A DNA stretch of 25,154 nucleotides from a virus (taxonomy: Duplodnaviria > Caudoviricetes), in the IMG/VR virus record IMGVR_UViG_3300017774_003357, positions 1 through 25,154 of that record. One strand, written 5' to 3'. Numbering within the stretch: the stretch's first letter is position 1; each line of letters opens with the position of its first letter. Position numbers and translations under genes: made by a program. The notes under the pieces were generated by a model. It was not told the origin of the DNA, made no database searches, and was given only the letters and a program-made list of their open reading frames with translations. This document shows positions 1-9,215 of the stretch, piece after piece.

Positions 1-56
1 AATAGTAAAAGTAAATTAAAGTAGTATAACAATCAAACAAATATAAATTAAAAATT

Positions 57-953
57 ATGAGTATTTTTGAAGAAATGATGAAGCAGTATGAGTCATCACA
101 CAATGGGAAAAGAGATAGCGGGTCTCAAAAAACGTATGACTTAAAGAACTATTTTAACACAATCCTAACAAAGGGTGTTGATAGTGAAACAAAAAGAATT
201 AGGATTTTACCACCTAGCGAAGGAGTTAAGACACCATTCACAACAATGTGGGGTCACGTTAAAAAGGTAAATGGAGAATGGAAAACATTTCCATGTCCAA
301 AACATGAAAAGGGTGAAGACTGCCCATTTTGCCAAGCCAGAGAAGCATTACTTGCAACTGGTAAAGAAGAAGACAAAGAACTGGCAAAACAATATTCAGC
401 TAGACAATTTTATGTAGTTAAGGTAATTGACCGAGACAAAGAAAACGAAGGAGTTAAATTCTGGAGATTCAAACACAATTACAAAAAACAAGGTGTTATG
501 GATAAAATCATGGCAGCAATTGCTACAGTTAAACATGATGTTACGGACATTGAAGGTGGTAGAGATTTAAACATTGTAATTGTTAGAGATGGTCAATCAT
601 CAGTAGTTCAAAGTGTATCATACCCTTTAGAGACATCACAATTAAGCTCAAATGCTGATAAAGTAAAAGAGTGGTCTGAAGACACTAGAACTTGGGAAGA
701 TGTTTATAGTTTAAGAAACTATGATTATTTGAAAATTATCGTTAAAGGTGATACACCAGTTTGGGATAAAGATGAAAAATGTTATGTTGGAAAACTAGAA
801 CTAGAATCTAAAACTAATTCACCATCTAATGATGATAGTGGTTTAGAAGATGAATTAGAAGTTGGCGCAGCTAAAGTTGAAACAAAGAAAGTATCAGAAC
901 CAGTATCGGCATTAGTGTCTGATGAGGAAGATGATGATGATTTACCGTTTTAA
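57..953 (+). CDS. gp32: T4 gp32-like single-stranded DNA-binding protein
   Basis: IRILPP motif, Zn-site pattern H...CPKHEKGEDCPFC (cf. T4 gp32 H64/C77/C87/C90), V-K-V-I-D-R strand, GRDLNI motif, acidic tail ending DEEDDDDLPF. Lies directly upstream of a recombinase. Confidence 0.88.
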   Translation: MSIFEEMMKQYESSHNGKRDSGSQKTYDLKNYFNTILTKGVDSETKRIRILPPSEGVKTPFTTMWGHVKKVNGEWKTFPCPKHEKGEDCPFCQAREALLATGKEEDKELAKQYSARQFYVVKVIDRDKENEGVKFWRFKHNYKKQGVMDKIMAAIATVKHDVTDIEGGRDLNIVIVRDGQSSVVQSVSYPLETSQLSSNADKVKEWSEDTRTWEDVYSLRNYDYLKIIVKGDTPVWDKDEKCYVGKLELESKTNSPSNDDSGLEDELEVGAAKVETKKVSEPVSALVSDEEDDDDLPF

Positions 954-978
954 TATTAATCAATAAATAATTATAAAT

Positions 979-1005
979 GGGTGGGCATTCGTCCACCCTT
1001 TTTTT
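979..1005 (+). terminator. Rho-independent terminator after the SSB gene
   Basis: 8-bp stem GGGTGGGC / GTCCACCC (one G-U pair), ATTC loop, followed by T7 (999-1005). GC-rich island in an AT-rich spacer. Confidence 0.9.
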
Positions 1006-1023
1006 AAAATCAAAATAAACATT

Positions 1024-2133
1024 ATGAGTGAAAATAAAAAACTACCAAAAAAGTCAATTCAAAAAAAAACATTTGATTTAGATGCTTTCTTAGAAAGTGA
1101 AAATTTAAATACAGAACCGAAAGATAAAGAATTATCATGGATACCATTATCTAAAGGTTGGTTCGATGCTTTAAAATTACCTGGATTTCCTAGAGGTTTT
1201 GTAAGTTTAGTTAGGGGTTATTCTAACACTGGTAAGTCCACAGCTTTTTATGAAGCAATAGCTGGAGCTCAAAAAATTGGTGATTTTGCAGTTGTAATTG
1301 AGACTGAAGGTAACTGGAATTCTGAACATGCTAAAAAGATTGGTGTCAAATTTAAAGAAGTTGTTAACGAAGAAACTGGTGAGATTACTGAAAAACCAGA
1401 TAACTTCATGTTAGTTAGAAGTAAAGATTTATACGCTATGTATAAAAATTACAACCACCAAGAAAGTAAAACAATGTCAAAACCAACAAGAGGTGAACCC
1501 GTTATTGAAGATGTTTCATTATTTATTAGTGAGATGATTCAAAAACAAGAAGATGGTATTATCCCTATGAACTTAGTTTTCCTATGGGACTCTATCGGAA
1601 CACTTAACTGTTATAAGTCGGCTTGCTCAAACACAAGTAATAACATGTGGAATGCTGGTGCTATGGGTGCTTTCCAAGCAATTGTTAATTTTAAAATACC
1701 ATCTACTAGAGCTATTGATAGTGAATACACTAACACAATGATTTGTGTTCAAAAGATTTGGTTAGATAGTATGAATGGTACAGTTGTTAAACACAAGGGT
1801 GGTGAATTTATGTTCTTTAACTCTAGAATTATTGTACACTTAGGTGGTATATTAACACATGGAACTAAAAAACTAACAGCGAAAGCTTTAAATCAAGATT
1901 TCCAATACGGAACTGAAGCAAAAATTAGATGTGAAAAAAATCATGTAACAGGTATTGAAAGAAACGGAACAATTGCATCAACACCTCATGGGTACGTAAA
2001 CCCAGATGAGTTGGATGAATACAAAACTAAACATAGAAAATTCATACATGAAGCACTAAACGTTGATTACAACACAACTATTGATTATATTACCGAAGAA
2101 GGTAAACTTGAAGGTGATGATATTAGAGAGTAA
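1024..2133 (+). CDS. uvsX: RecA/UvsX-like recombinase
   Basis: Walker A GYSNTGKST, VIETE (catalytic Glu), AKKIGV, Walker B FLWDSIG, KGGE loop and CEKNH, all in RecA order. Confidence 0.9.
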   Translation: MSENKKLPKKSIQKKTFDLDAFLESENLNTEPKDKELSWIPLSKGWFDALKLPGFPRGFVSLVRGYSNTGKSTAFYEAIAGAQKIGDFAVVIETEGNWNSEHAKKIGVKFKEVVNEETGEITEKPDNFMLVRSKDLYAMYKNYNHQESKTMSKPTRGEPVIEDVSLFISEMIQKQEDGIIPMNLVFLWDSIGTLNCYKSACSNTSNNMWNAGAMGAFQAIVNFKIPSTRAIDSEYTNTMICVQKIWLDSMNGTVVKHKGGEFMFFNSRIIVHLGGILTHGTKKLTAKALNQDFQYGTEAKIRCEKNHVTGIERNGTIASTPHGYVNPDELDEYKTKHRKFIHEALNVDYNTTIDYITEEGKLEGDDIRE

Positions 2134-2154
2134 TTTAAATTATAAACAATAAAG

Positions 2155-2238
2155 ATGAGTAAAACTAGTTCAAAAAAAAGATTGGAAGTCCTAAGAAGTT
2201 GGCTTCAAAGTATTAACCCTTCAAATGGGAAAAGATGA
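2155..2238 (+). CDS. 27-aa basic micro-protein (MSKTSSKKRLEVLRSWLQSINPSNGKR), not in the ORF track
   Basis: ATG at 2155 follows an A-rich leader like those of the other genes. The ORF fills the uvsX-exonuclease gap, and its TGA (2236-2238) overlaps the exonuclease ATG (2235-2237) as ATGA. Confidence 0.55.
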   Translation: MSKTSSKKRLEVLRSWLQSINPSNGKR

Positions 2239-3296
2239 ATCGAAGACCATCAAAAAATGGTGAAAAAATCGAAAAAAAATTAAACATATTATTGGTAGAC
2301 GGGAATGCTCTTTTTAAAAGGAGCTTTCTCGGAGCCAAAGATGTTTATAATCAAAAAAAAGAACACATTGGTGGTATTTACCAATTCATAACTGTATTAA
2401 GAAAGTTATTAGATGAGGATTTATACCATAAAGCGTTTGTTGTTTGGGACGGAGAATTGAGTGGTCAATTAAGATATAATATTTATAGTGATTATAAATC
2501 CAATAGAAATAAAGATTATATAAATGGTACACACCCAGTTGATGAGTCTGAGTTATCTCAGAAAACACAAATTAAACGTTACTTAGAAGAATTATTTATT
2601 AGACAATATGAAGATAAAATAGTTGAAGGTGACGATTTAATTGCGTATATTTGCAATAACAAAAAATTAAATGAAACAATTACTATATGTACAAGCGATA
2701 GAGACTTATGTCAACTAATCGATGAGAACGTTAGAATTTATATGTTTGATTTAAAACAATACATTACATTGAATAATTATAATAACTATTTTAAACATCA
2801 CCCTAGCAACGCTGCTCTAATTAAAATATTTTGTGGAGACAATAGTGATTGTATTAAAGGTATTAAAAGACTAGGTGAAGATACGTTATTAAAACATTTT
2901 CCAGAAATTGCAGATAAATCAGTAACAGTTGATGAAATAGTTGAAAAAACTAAAAAGCTTCAAATCCAAAGAGTTAACGACAAATTAAAGCCGTTACAGG
3001 TATTTGAAAATATAATAATGAAAATTACTGATGGAATTCAGGGTGAAAAAGTGTACGAAATCAATGAAAAATTAGTAAATTTGAAAAACCCAATGATTAC
3101 TGATGATGTAATCACTGAATTAAATGAGGTAATTAACTTACCGATTGACCCAGATGGTAGAGATGTTAAGAACGTTTATAAGATGATGAAAGAGGATGGT
3201 ATGGATGTGGAGATAAAAAACTATAGTATTGAATACTTCATGCCGTTCAAAAGACTAATACAAAGAGAAAAAAATAATCAATTAATAAATCAATAA
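2235..3296 (+). CDS. rnh: 5'-3' exonuclease / flap endonuclease (T4 RNase H, PolA N-terminal-domain family)
   Basis: LLVDGN, VVWDG, YKSNR, EGDDLIA, TSDRDLCQL and H3TH motif GDNSDCIKGIKRLGEDT. Confidence 0.92.
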   Translation: MNRRPSKNGEKIEKKLNILLVDGNALFKRSFLGAKDVYNQKKEHIGGIYQFITVLRKLLDEDLYHKAFVVWDGELSGQLRYNIYSDYKSNRNKDYINGTHPVDESELSQKTQIKRYLEELFIRQYEDKIVEGDDLIAYICNNKKLNETITICTSDRDLCQLIDENVRIYMFDLKQYITLNNYNNYFKHHPSNAALIKIFCGDNSDCIKGIKRLGEDTLLKHFPEIADKSVTVDEIVEKTKKLQIQRVNDKLKPLQVFENIIMKITDGIQGEKVYEINEKLVNLKNPMITDDVITELNEVINLPIDPDGRDVKNVYKMMKEDGMDVEIKNYSIEYFMPFKRLIQREKNNQLINQ

Positions 3297-3299
3297 ATT

Positions 3300-3782
3300 A
3301 TGAAAAAGAACACAACTTTTGCAAACCAAAAATTTGAATTCTTGTTAAAAATCAATAACAACATTATCTGTCAAAGATATTTCAGTATTGATAATTACAA
3401 TTACAAAGTCTTAAAATCTAATGAACTTAAAGATTTGATGGATAGACTATGTGGTATGAACAACGGTAGCTTTGGAAGCTGCGGAATCATACCTAATTAT
3501 CTTAAAGATAAATCTGTGGATTATTTATGGGATAGATATGACCCATATAGTGAGATTAGAAAAGAAGATGAATCAATTGAGAAGAATATTTTTAAAAATG
3601 AAGATATCTTTACATTTGAAATTAAAGTTGATAAAAATATTGTAGGTAAATCAATATTTTCTGGAAACTATTTCCCAACTATGGTTAGATACCAAGTTAA
3701 CATTAAACCTATAATTTCTGAAATTATAGAAGAAATTTCAGAATCTTTTTCAAGAAAAGATTACGAAATGATAACACAATAA
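3300..3782 (+). CDS. Hypothetical protein (160 aa) in the replication operon
   Basis: Co-oriented ORF starting 3 nt after the exonuclease stop and ending 23 nt before the helicase. No recognised motif. Confidence 0.8.
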   Translation: MKKNTTFANQKFEFLLKINNNIICQRYFSIDNYNYKVLKSNELKDLMDRLCGMNNGSFGSCGIIPNYLKDKSVDYLWDRYDPYSEIRKEDESIEKNIFKNEDIFTFEIKVDKNIVGKSIFSGNYFPTMVRYQVNIKPIISEIIEEISESFSRKDYEMITQ

Positions 3783-3790
3783 TATTTATA
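3783..3790 (+). promoter_or_regulatory. TATTTATA motif (candidate phage promoter) upstream of the helicase
   Basis: Same 8-mer, and similar spacing to the ATG (15 nt), as upstream of gp25. Confidence 0.4.
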
Positions 3791-3805
3791 TATACAAAGT
3801 TTTAT

Positions 3806-5215
3806 ATGGCTAAAATTAATAAAGATAATCTAGGATATTTGGGTATTGATTTTCAATACCGTCTAGTACTTCAAATACTAACCGATAGAAAATTCGGACA
3901 ATCAATCTTAGATATGGTTAGCCCTAATTATTTTGAAGATTCGTATGTTAGAATTATTGTTGGTGTGATAAAAGATGCTTATGAAAAGCATGAATCAATA
4001 CCAGATGTAGGAAGTTTAAAAAGTAGATTATTAGAAAACCTAAATGATGAAATTGAAAGAAATCAAGTATTCAGTCATTTACGAAGAATTGAAGAATCTG
4101 ACTTAAATGATACATTCTACATACAAGAAACATCACTTAAATTTTGTAAAAGGCAAGAATTAAAAAAAGCCTTAAAACAAATGGATGAAATCATCAATAA
4201 AGGGACTATTGATGATTATGATAAATGTGAAGATATAATTAGGAAAGCACTTGAATACGGTGAAAATACTGATGGTGTCATTGATGTTGGTGATAATATT
4301 GAAGATGTGTTATCAGACGACTACAGAAACCCAATACCAACTGGTATAGATGGTTTAGATGAGATAATGGATGGTGGGTTAGCTAAGGGTGAATTAGCGA
4401 TAATATTAGCAGCGTTAGGTGTTGGTAAGACAACTATGATAACTAAATTAGCTAACCATGCCAAATCGATGGGGTACAACGTTATGCAAATATTCTTTGA
4501 AGATACAACTAAAATCATACAAAGAAAACACATATCTTGTTACACTAAGATACCATTAAATGATTTACAATCTAGAAGAACTGAAGCAATACAAATGTTT
4601 GATAGGTTTAAATCTAGCCCAGGTAAATTAAAATTGGTTAGAATGAGAAGTGATAGTACGACTATACCAAAGATTAAGCAAATCGTTAGAAAGAATATAG
4701 CTCAAGGTTTCAGACCAGATTTGATATTAGTTGACTACATTGATTGTATTTCACCATCTAAAAATTTTTCAGATATAAACGAGGCTCAAGGTTCAGTAAT
4801 GAGAGAATTTGAATCAATGTTATCTGAATTGGATATTGCTGGTTGGACCGCAACACAAGGTAATCGTTCATCAATCAAAGCTGATGTGGTTGAAGGTGAC
4901 CAAATAGCTGGTTCAATTAAGAAAGCGCAGATTGTTCACTTTATGGTGTCAATTGCTAAAACGCTTGAACAAAAAGAAAATAGTAAAGCTAATATGGCTA
5001 TACTTAAATCTAGATTTGGTAAATCTGGTGTATTGTTTGAAGATATCATATTTGATAATTCAACAATACAGATTGACATGAGCCAAAACTCAAGTGGTAA
5101 ATCATTTTATGACCATGGTGAAGTAAAAGAAGGTAGGGGTCAAGACCGAGTTAATAATCTATTAGAAATAATAGAACAAAGAAATCAAGAAAGAAACAAC
5201 CAATTAACAAATTAA
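3806..5215 (+). CDS. dnaB: Replicative DnaB-like helicase (T4 gp41 type)
   Basis: [16 protein letters not shown], Walker [17 protein letters not shown], Walker B ILVDYID, TATQGNR and arginine-finger KSRFG. Confidence 0.93.
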   Translation: MAKINKDNLGYLGIDFQYRLVLQILTDRKFGQSILDMVSPNYFEDSYVRIIVGVIKDAYEKHESIPDVGSLKSRLLENLNDEIERNQVFSHLRRIEESDLNDTFYIQETSLKFCKRQELKKALKQMDEIINKGTIDDYDKCEDIIRKALEYGENTDGVIDVGDNIEDVLSDDYRNPIPTGIDGLDEIMDGGLAKGELAIILAALGVGKTTMITKLANHAKSMGYNVMQIFFEDTTKIIQRKHISCYTKIPLNDLQSRRTEAIQMFDRFKSSPGKLKLVRMRSDSTTIPKIKQIVRKNIAQGFRPDLILVDYIDCISPSKNFSDINEAQGSVMREFESMLSELDIAGWTATQGNRSSIKADVVEGDQIAGSIKKAQIVHFMVSIAKTLEQKENSKANMAILKSRFGKSGVLFEDIIFDNSTIQIDMSQNSSGKSFYDHGEVKEGRGQDRVNNLLEIIEQRNQERNNQLTN

Positions 5216-5216
5216 C

Positions 5217-6188
5217 ATGGAAGCAATTTTAAAAGAAAATCCTGGAAGGTTTGTAGTATTCCCGATTAAATATCATGATATTTGGGACTATTACAAGAAA
5301 GCTGAATCTAATTTTTGGACAGCGGAAGAAATCGATTTAGAAGCTGATAAATCAGACTGGGCTAAATTAAATGAAAATGAGCAATATTTTATTAAAAACG
5401 TATTAGCATTCTTTGCAGCATCAGATGGTATCGTTAACGAGAACCTAGCTGAAAACTTCGTTAGTGAAGTTCAGTACCCAGAAGCTAAGTTCTTTTATGG
5501 GTTTCAAATAATGATGGAAAACATACATTCGGAAACTTATTCCTTACTCATCGATACATACGTTAAAGATAAGGAAGAGCAGCTTAAACTGTTTAATGCT
5601 ATAGATACTATACCAGCGGTGCAGAAAAAGGCTGAGTGGGCTTTAAAATGGATTGAATCAGATAGCTTTGCGGAAAGACTAATTGCATTTGCAGCAGTAG
5701 AAGGTATTTTCTTCTCAGGTTCTTTTTGTTCAATATTTTGGTTAAAGAATAGAGGATTAATGCCAGGTCTTTCATTCTCAAATGAATTGATATCAAGAGA
5801 TGAAGGATTACATTGTGATTTTGCTGTTCATTTACATAATGAACATTTAATCAACCAAGTTCCAAAAGAAAGAATTAAAGAAATTATTAAATCTGCATTA
5901 ACTATTGAAAAAGAATTCATATTAGAATCCTTACCAGTAGACCTAATTGGTATGAATTCTAACTTGATGAGTCAATATTTAGAATACGTTGCTGATAGAT
6001 TATTAATAGATTTGAAATGTGACCCAATATTTAATAGTAAGAACCCATTTGATTTCATGGTAAATATTGCATTAGAAAATAAAACTAATTTCTTTGAAAA
6101 AAGAGTTGGTGATTATTCAAAATCTGGTGTTGGGAATTCAAGTTCTGATAATAAACTATCCTTTGAAGGTGAAGATAGTGATTTTTAA
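5217..6188 (+). CDS. nrdB: Class Ia ribonucleotide reductase beta subunit (eukaryote-like R2 type)
   Basis: [30 protein letters not shown] (radical Tyr), [16 protein letters not shown] and KTNFFEKRV. Confidence 0.97.
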   Translation: MEAILKENPGRFVVFPIKYHDIWDYYKKAESNFWTAEEIDLEADKSDWAKLNENEQYFIKNVLAFFAASDGIVNENLAENFVSEVQYPEAKFFYGFQIMMENIHSETYSLLIDTYVKDKEEQLKLFNAIDTIPAVQKKAEWALKWIESDSFAERLIAFAAVEGIFFSGSFCSIFWLKNRGLMPGLSFSNELISRDEGLHCDFAVHLHNEHLINQVPKERIKEIIKSALTIEKEFILESLPVDLIGMNSNLMSQYLEYVADRLLIDLKCDPIFNSKNPFDFMVNIALENKTNFFEKRVGDYSKSGVGNSSSDNKLSFEGEDSDF

Positions 6189-6208
6189 TTAAAAAGAAAT
6201 AAAAAAAA

Positions 6209-8734
6209 ATGAGAGTAATTAAAAGAAATGGTACTTACGAACCAGTTAAATTTGACAAAATTTCATCAAGAGTAAAAAAACAAACATACGATTTAGATAG
6301 AGATTATGTTGATGCGATGGAAGTTTCAAAAAAAGTTATCTCAGGATTGTATGATGGTGTTACATCAAAAGAATTAGACAAATTAGCCGCAGAAACAGCG
6401 GCTTCTTTGACTAGAATACATCCTGATTATTCAGTTTTAGCAGCAAGGATTGCTATAACATCTTTAAAGAAAGAAACTAATAAAAGTTTTAAAGATACAA
6501 TTGATAAATTATATCATTATGTTAATAAAAAAACTGGTGAAAATGCTGGGTTAATTTCAGATGAAGTATATAATGTTGTATTAGAAAATACTGATAAAAT
6601 TGAATCGATGATTATTCATGATAGAGATTTTGATTTTGATTATTTTGGATTTAAAACATTAGAAAAAGCTTATCTATTAAAAATAGATGGTCAAATTGCA
6701 GAAACACCACAGCAACTATATATGAGAGTTTCTATAGGTATCTGGGGTGATAACCTTAAAGAAGTTCAAAAAACTTATGAGATGTTATCAACTGGGTATT
6801 TTACACATGCAACACCAACATTATTTAATGCTGGAACTAGAAAACCACAGTTATCATCTTGTTTCTTATTAGATGTTGATTCAGATTCAATTCAAGGTAT
6901 TTATAAAACATTATCAGATTGTGCTGCAATCTCACAATCAGCTGGTGGTATTGGATTAAACATTCATAAAATTAGAAGTAAAGGTTCTTACATTAAAGGA
7001 ACTAATGGTGAATCAAATGGTATTGTACCAATGCTTAGAGTGTTTAACGAAACTGCACGTTACGTTGACCAAGGTGGTGGTAAAAGAAAGGGTTCAATAG
7101 CGGTATATTTAGAACCATGGCATTCAGATATCCAAGATTTTATTAACTTAAAGAAAAATCATGGTAAAGAAGAACAACGAGCAAGAGATTTATTTTTAGC
7201 ATTGTGGATTCCAGATTTATTCATGGAACGTGTTGAAGCAAATACAAGTTGGACATTATTTGACCCATCTGAGGTACCAGGTTTAATTGATGCTGTTGAT
7301 TCTGAAACTGATAAAGCATTCACTAGATTATATGAAAAATATGAATCTGAAGGTAAAGGTATTACAATTAGTGCTAGAGAACTTTGGTTACAAGTATTAG
7401 AAAATCAAATTGAAACTGGTGTTCCTTATATTCTATACAAAGATGCTGCAAATAATAAATCAAACCAAAAGAATTTAGGTACAATTAAGTCTTCAAACTT
7501 ATGTACTGAAATCTTAGAATATACATCACCAGAAGAAACAGCGGTATGTAATTTAGCATCTATTGCTTTACCTAAATTTGTAAACATACCAAGTGGTAAA
7601 ACAAAATCTAGAGATAAAGCGTTAAGAACATTTGATTTTGATAAATTATATGAAGTTTCTTACCAAGTTACAGTAAACTTAAATAGAGTTATTGATGTTA
7701 ACTGGTACCCAACTGTTGAAGCTGAACGTTCTAATTTAAGACATAGACCAATCGGTATTGGTGTTCAAGGATTAGCAGATTTATTTGCAATGTTAGGATT
7801 ACCATTTGAAGATGATTTATCTAAAAAATTAAATAACGATATATTTGAAACTATCTATTTTGCAGCAATGACTGCATCAAAAGATATGGCTAAAAATGAA
7901 TATAAACGTTATACTAAAAAACTTAAAGAAAATAATGATTTAACACCAGTAACTAATAAATCACTTGGTGCTTATTCAACATTTGAAGGTTCACCATTAT
8001 CAAAAGGTATTTTCCAATTTGATATGTGGGGTGTTAAATCAGATGAATTATCAGGAAGATGGGATTGGGATTCATTAAGAAAAGAAGTTACAACTTATGG
8101 TGTAACCAATTCATTATTATTGGCACCAATGCCAACAGCGTCTACTGCTCAAATCTTAGGTAATAATGAATGTTTCGAACCATTCACATCAAATATTTAC
8201 AAAAGAAATGTATTATCTGGTGAATTTGTAATGGTTAATAAACATTTAGTGATTGACCTTATTGATTTAGGGCTATGGAACGATGAAATTAGATTAGCAA
8301 TGATTAAAGAAAATGGGTCAATTCAAAATATCCCACAAATACCAAACATCTTAAAAGAAATTTATAAAACTGTTTGGGAAATGAAATCATCTAATTTAAT
8401 AGATATGGCCGCAGATAGAGGTAAATTTATTTGTCAATCACAATCTATGAATTTATTCATGAGAGATGCAAATGTTGCTAAATTAAACAAAGCATTATTT
8501 TATGGTTGGAAAAAAGGTTTAAAAACTGGTATGTATTACTTAAGAAGTAATTCTAAAACCCAAGCAAGACAATCTTTAGGTGTTGATGATACAATTGTAA
8601 ATGAAATACTAAAAGTTGAGGTTACAATACCTAAAATAAGTAATATTTCGATGAGTACTGAAGAAATAGAAGCGATGAACGGATTAACCTGTTCAATAGA
8701 TAATCCAGATGATTGCGAAGCATGTGGTAGTTAA
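6209..8734 (+). CDS. nrdA: Class Ia ribonucleotide reductase alpha subunit with N-terminal ATP cone
   Basis: ATP cone (VIKRNG...FDKI), THATPTLFNAG, QLSSCFL, SNLCTEI (thiyl Cys), VCNLAS, APMPTAST, KTGMYYLR and C-terminal CEACGS. Confidence 0.98.
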   Translation: MRVIKRNGTYEPVKFDKISSRVKKQTYDLDRDYVDAMEVSKKVISGLYDGVTSKELDKLAAETAASLTRIHPDYSVLAARIAITSLKKETNKSFKDTIDKLYHYVNKKTGENAGLISDEVYNVVLENTDKIESMIIHDRDFDFDYFGFKTLEKAYLLKIDGQIAETPQQLYMRVSIGIWGDNLKEVQKTYEMLSTGYFTHATPTLFNAGTRKPQLSSCFLLDVDSDSIQGIYKTLSDCAAISQSAGGIGLNIHKIRSKGSYIKGTNGESNGIVPMLRVFNETARYVDQGGGKRKGSIAVYLEPWHSDIQDFINLKKNHGKEEQRARDLFLALWIPDLFMERVEANTSWTLFDPSEVPGLIDAVDSETDKAFTRLYEKYESEGKGITISARELWLQVLENQIETGVPYILYKDAANNKSNQKNLGTIKSSNLCTEILEYTSPEETAVCNLASIALPKFVNIPSGKTKSRDKALRTFDFDKLYEVSYQVTVNLNRVIDVNWYPTVEAERSNLRHRPIGIGVQGLADLFAMLGLPFEDDLSKKLNNDIFETIYFAAMTASKDMAKNEYKRYTKKLKENNDLTPVTNKSLGAYSTFEGSPLSKGIFQFDMWGVKSDELSGRWDWDSLRKEVTTYGVTNSLLLAPMPTASTAQILGNNECFEPFTSNIYKRNVLSGEFVMVNKHLVIDLIDLGLWNDEIRLAMIKENGSIQNIPQIPNILKEIYKTVWEMKSSNLIDMAADRGKFICQSQSMNLFMRDANVAKLNKALFYGWKKGLKTGMYYLRSNSKTQARQSLGVDDTIVNEILKVEVTIPKISNISMSTEEIEAMNGLTCSIDNPDDCEACGS

Positions 8735-8736
8735 TT

Positions 8737-8761
8737 AAAGAGGGGCTTAGGCCCCTTTTTT
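8737..8761 (+). terminator. Rho-independent terminator separating the replication and structural modules
   Basis: AAAGAGGGGC-TTAG-GCCCC followed by T6, directly after the nrdA stop. Confidence 0.9.
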
Positions 8762-8768
8762 ATTTTAC

Positions 8769-8802
8769 TATTTATAATTTTTATTTTCATGTGATATTTA
8801 TA
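8769..8802 (+). promoter_or_regulatory. Two TATTTATA motifs (8769-8776, 8795-8802), candidate late promoter(s) for the baseplate module
   Basis: Both lie between a terminator and the first structural gene, where a new promoter is expected. The second copy ends 14 nt before the gp25 ATG. Confidence 0.55.
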
Positions 8803-8816
8803 ATAAATTAAATGTT

Positions 8817-9206
8817 ATGGCACAAAAATCAAAATATATAAATATCGATTTCCCTTTCCAAGAAAGTAAAGAAGGTTTCTTCTTACAATTAAATAATGTA
8901 GATAATAAAGCAATTAGGGCTGACTTAATGCATTTGTTATTAACTAGAAAAGGTGAGAGGTTATATAATCCAGAATTTGGTACAGATTTAATGAAATATA
9001 TCTTTCAACCAAACGATGCTATAACTTATTCTGATATTAAATTAGATATACAAACAACGGTAAAAAAATATATACCAAGTCTTAATGTTGATAATATTAC
9101 AATCGAAGCTGACCCTAATAATGAATACCACGCTAACGTTAGAATTGAATACACAATCACCGATGATATCTTTAAAGAAAGTGATTTTATCGTTATAACA
9201 ATATAA
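8817..9206 (+). CDS. gp25: Baseplate protein gp25 / GPW family (sheath initiator)
   Basis: LLLTRKGERLYNPEFGTDL signature, 129 aa, upstream of a gp6-like wedge gene. Confidence 0.92.
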   Translation: MAQKSKYINIDFPFQESKEGFFLQLNNVDNKAIRADLMHLLLTRKGERLYNPEFGTDLMKYIFQPNDAITYSDIKLDIQTTVKKYIPSLNVDNITIEADPNNEYHANVRIEYTITDDIFKESDFIVITI

Positions 9207-9215
9207 AATCACATT

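Noticed and set aside
2170-2216. Programmed -1 frameshift at the A8 run fusing the micro-ORF to the exonuclease
   Set aside because: The -1 frame reaches a TAA (...AAG TAT TAA) before the exonuclease start, so no fusion is possible.
5217-8734. Eukaryotic giant-virus origin, suggested by the eukaryote-like RNR and an NLS-like KKRKR in the 1445-aa protein
   Set aside because: gp32, UvsX, DnaB-type helicase, gp25/gp6 baseplate genes, coupled operons and intrinsic terminators indicate a bacteriophage.
1024-8734. Inteins, group I introns or homing endonucleases in recA, helicase, nrdA or nrdB
   Set aside because: ORFs are continuous and near normal length, and no intein splice motifs or endonuclease ORFs were seen.
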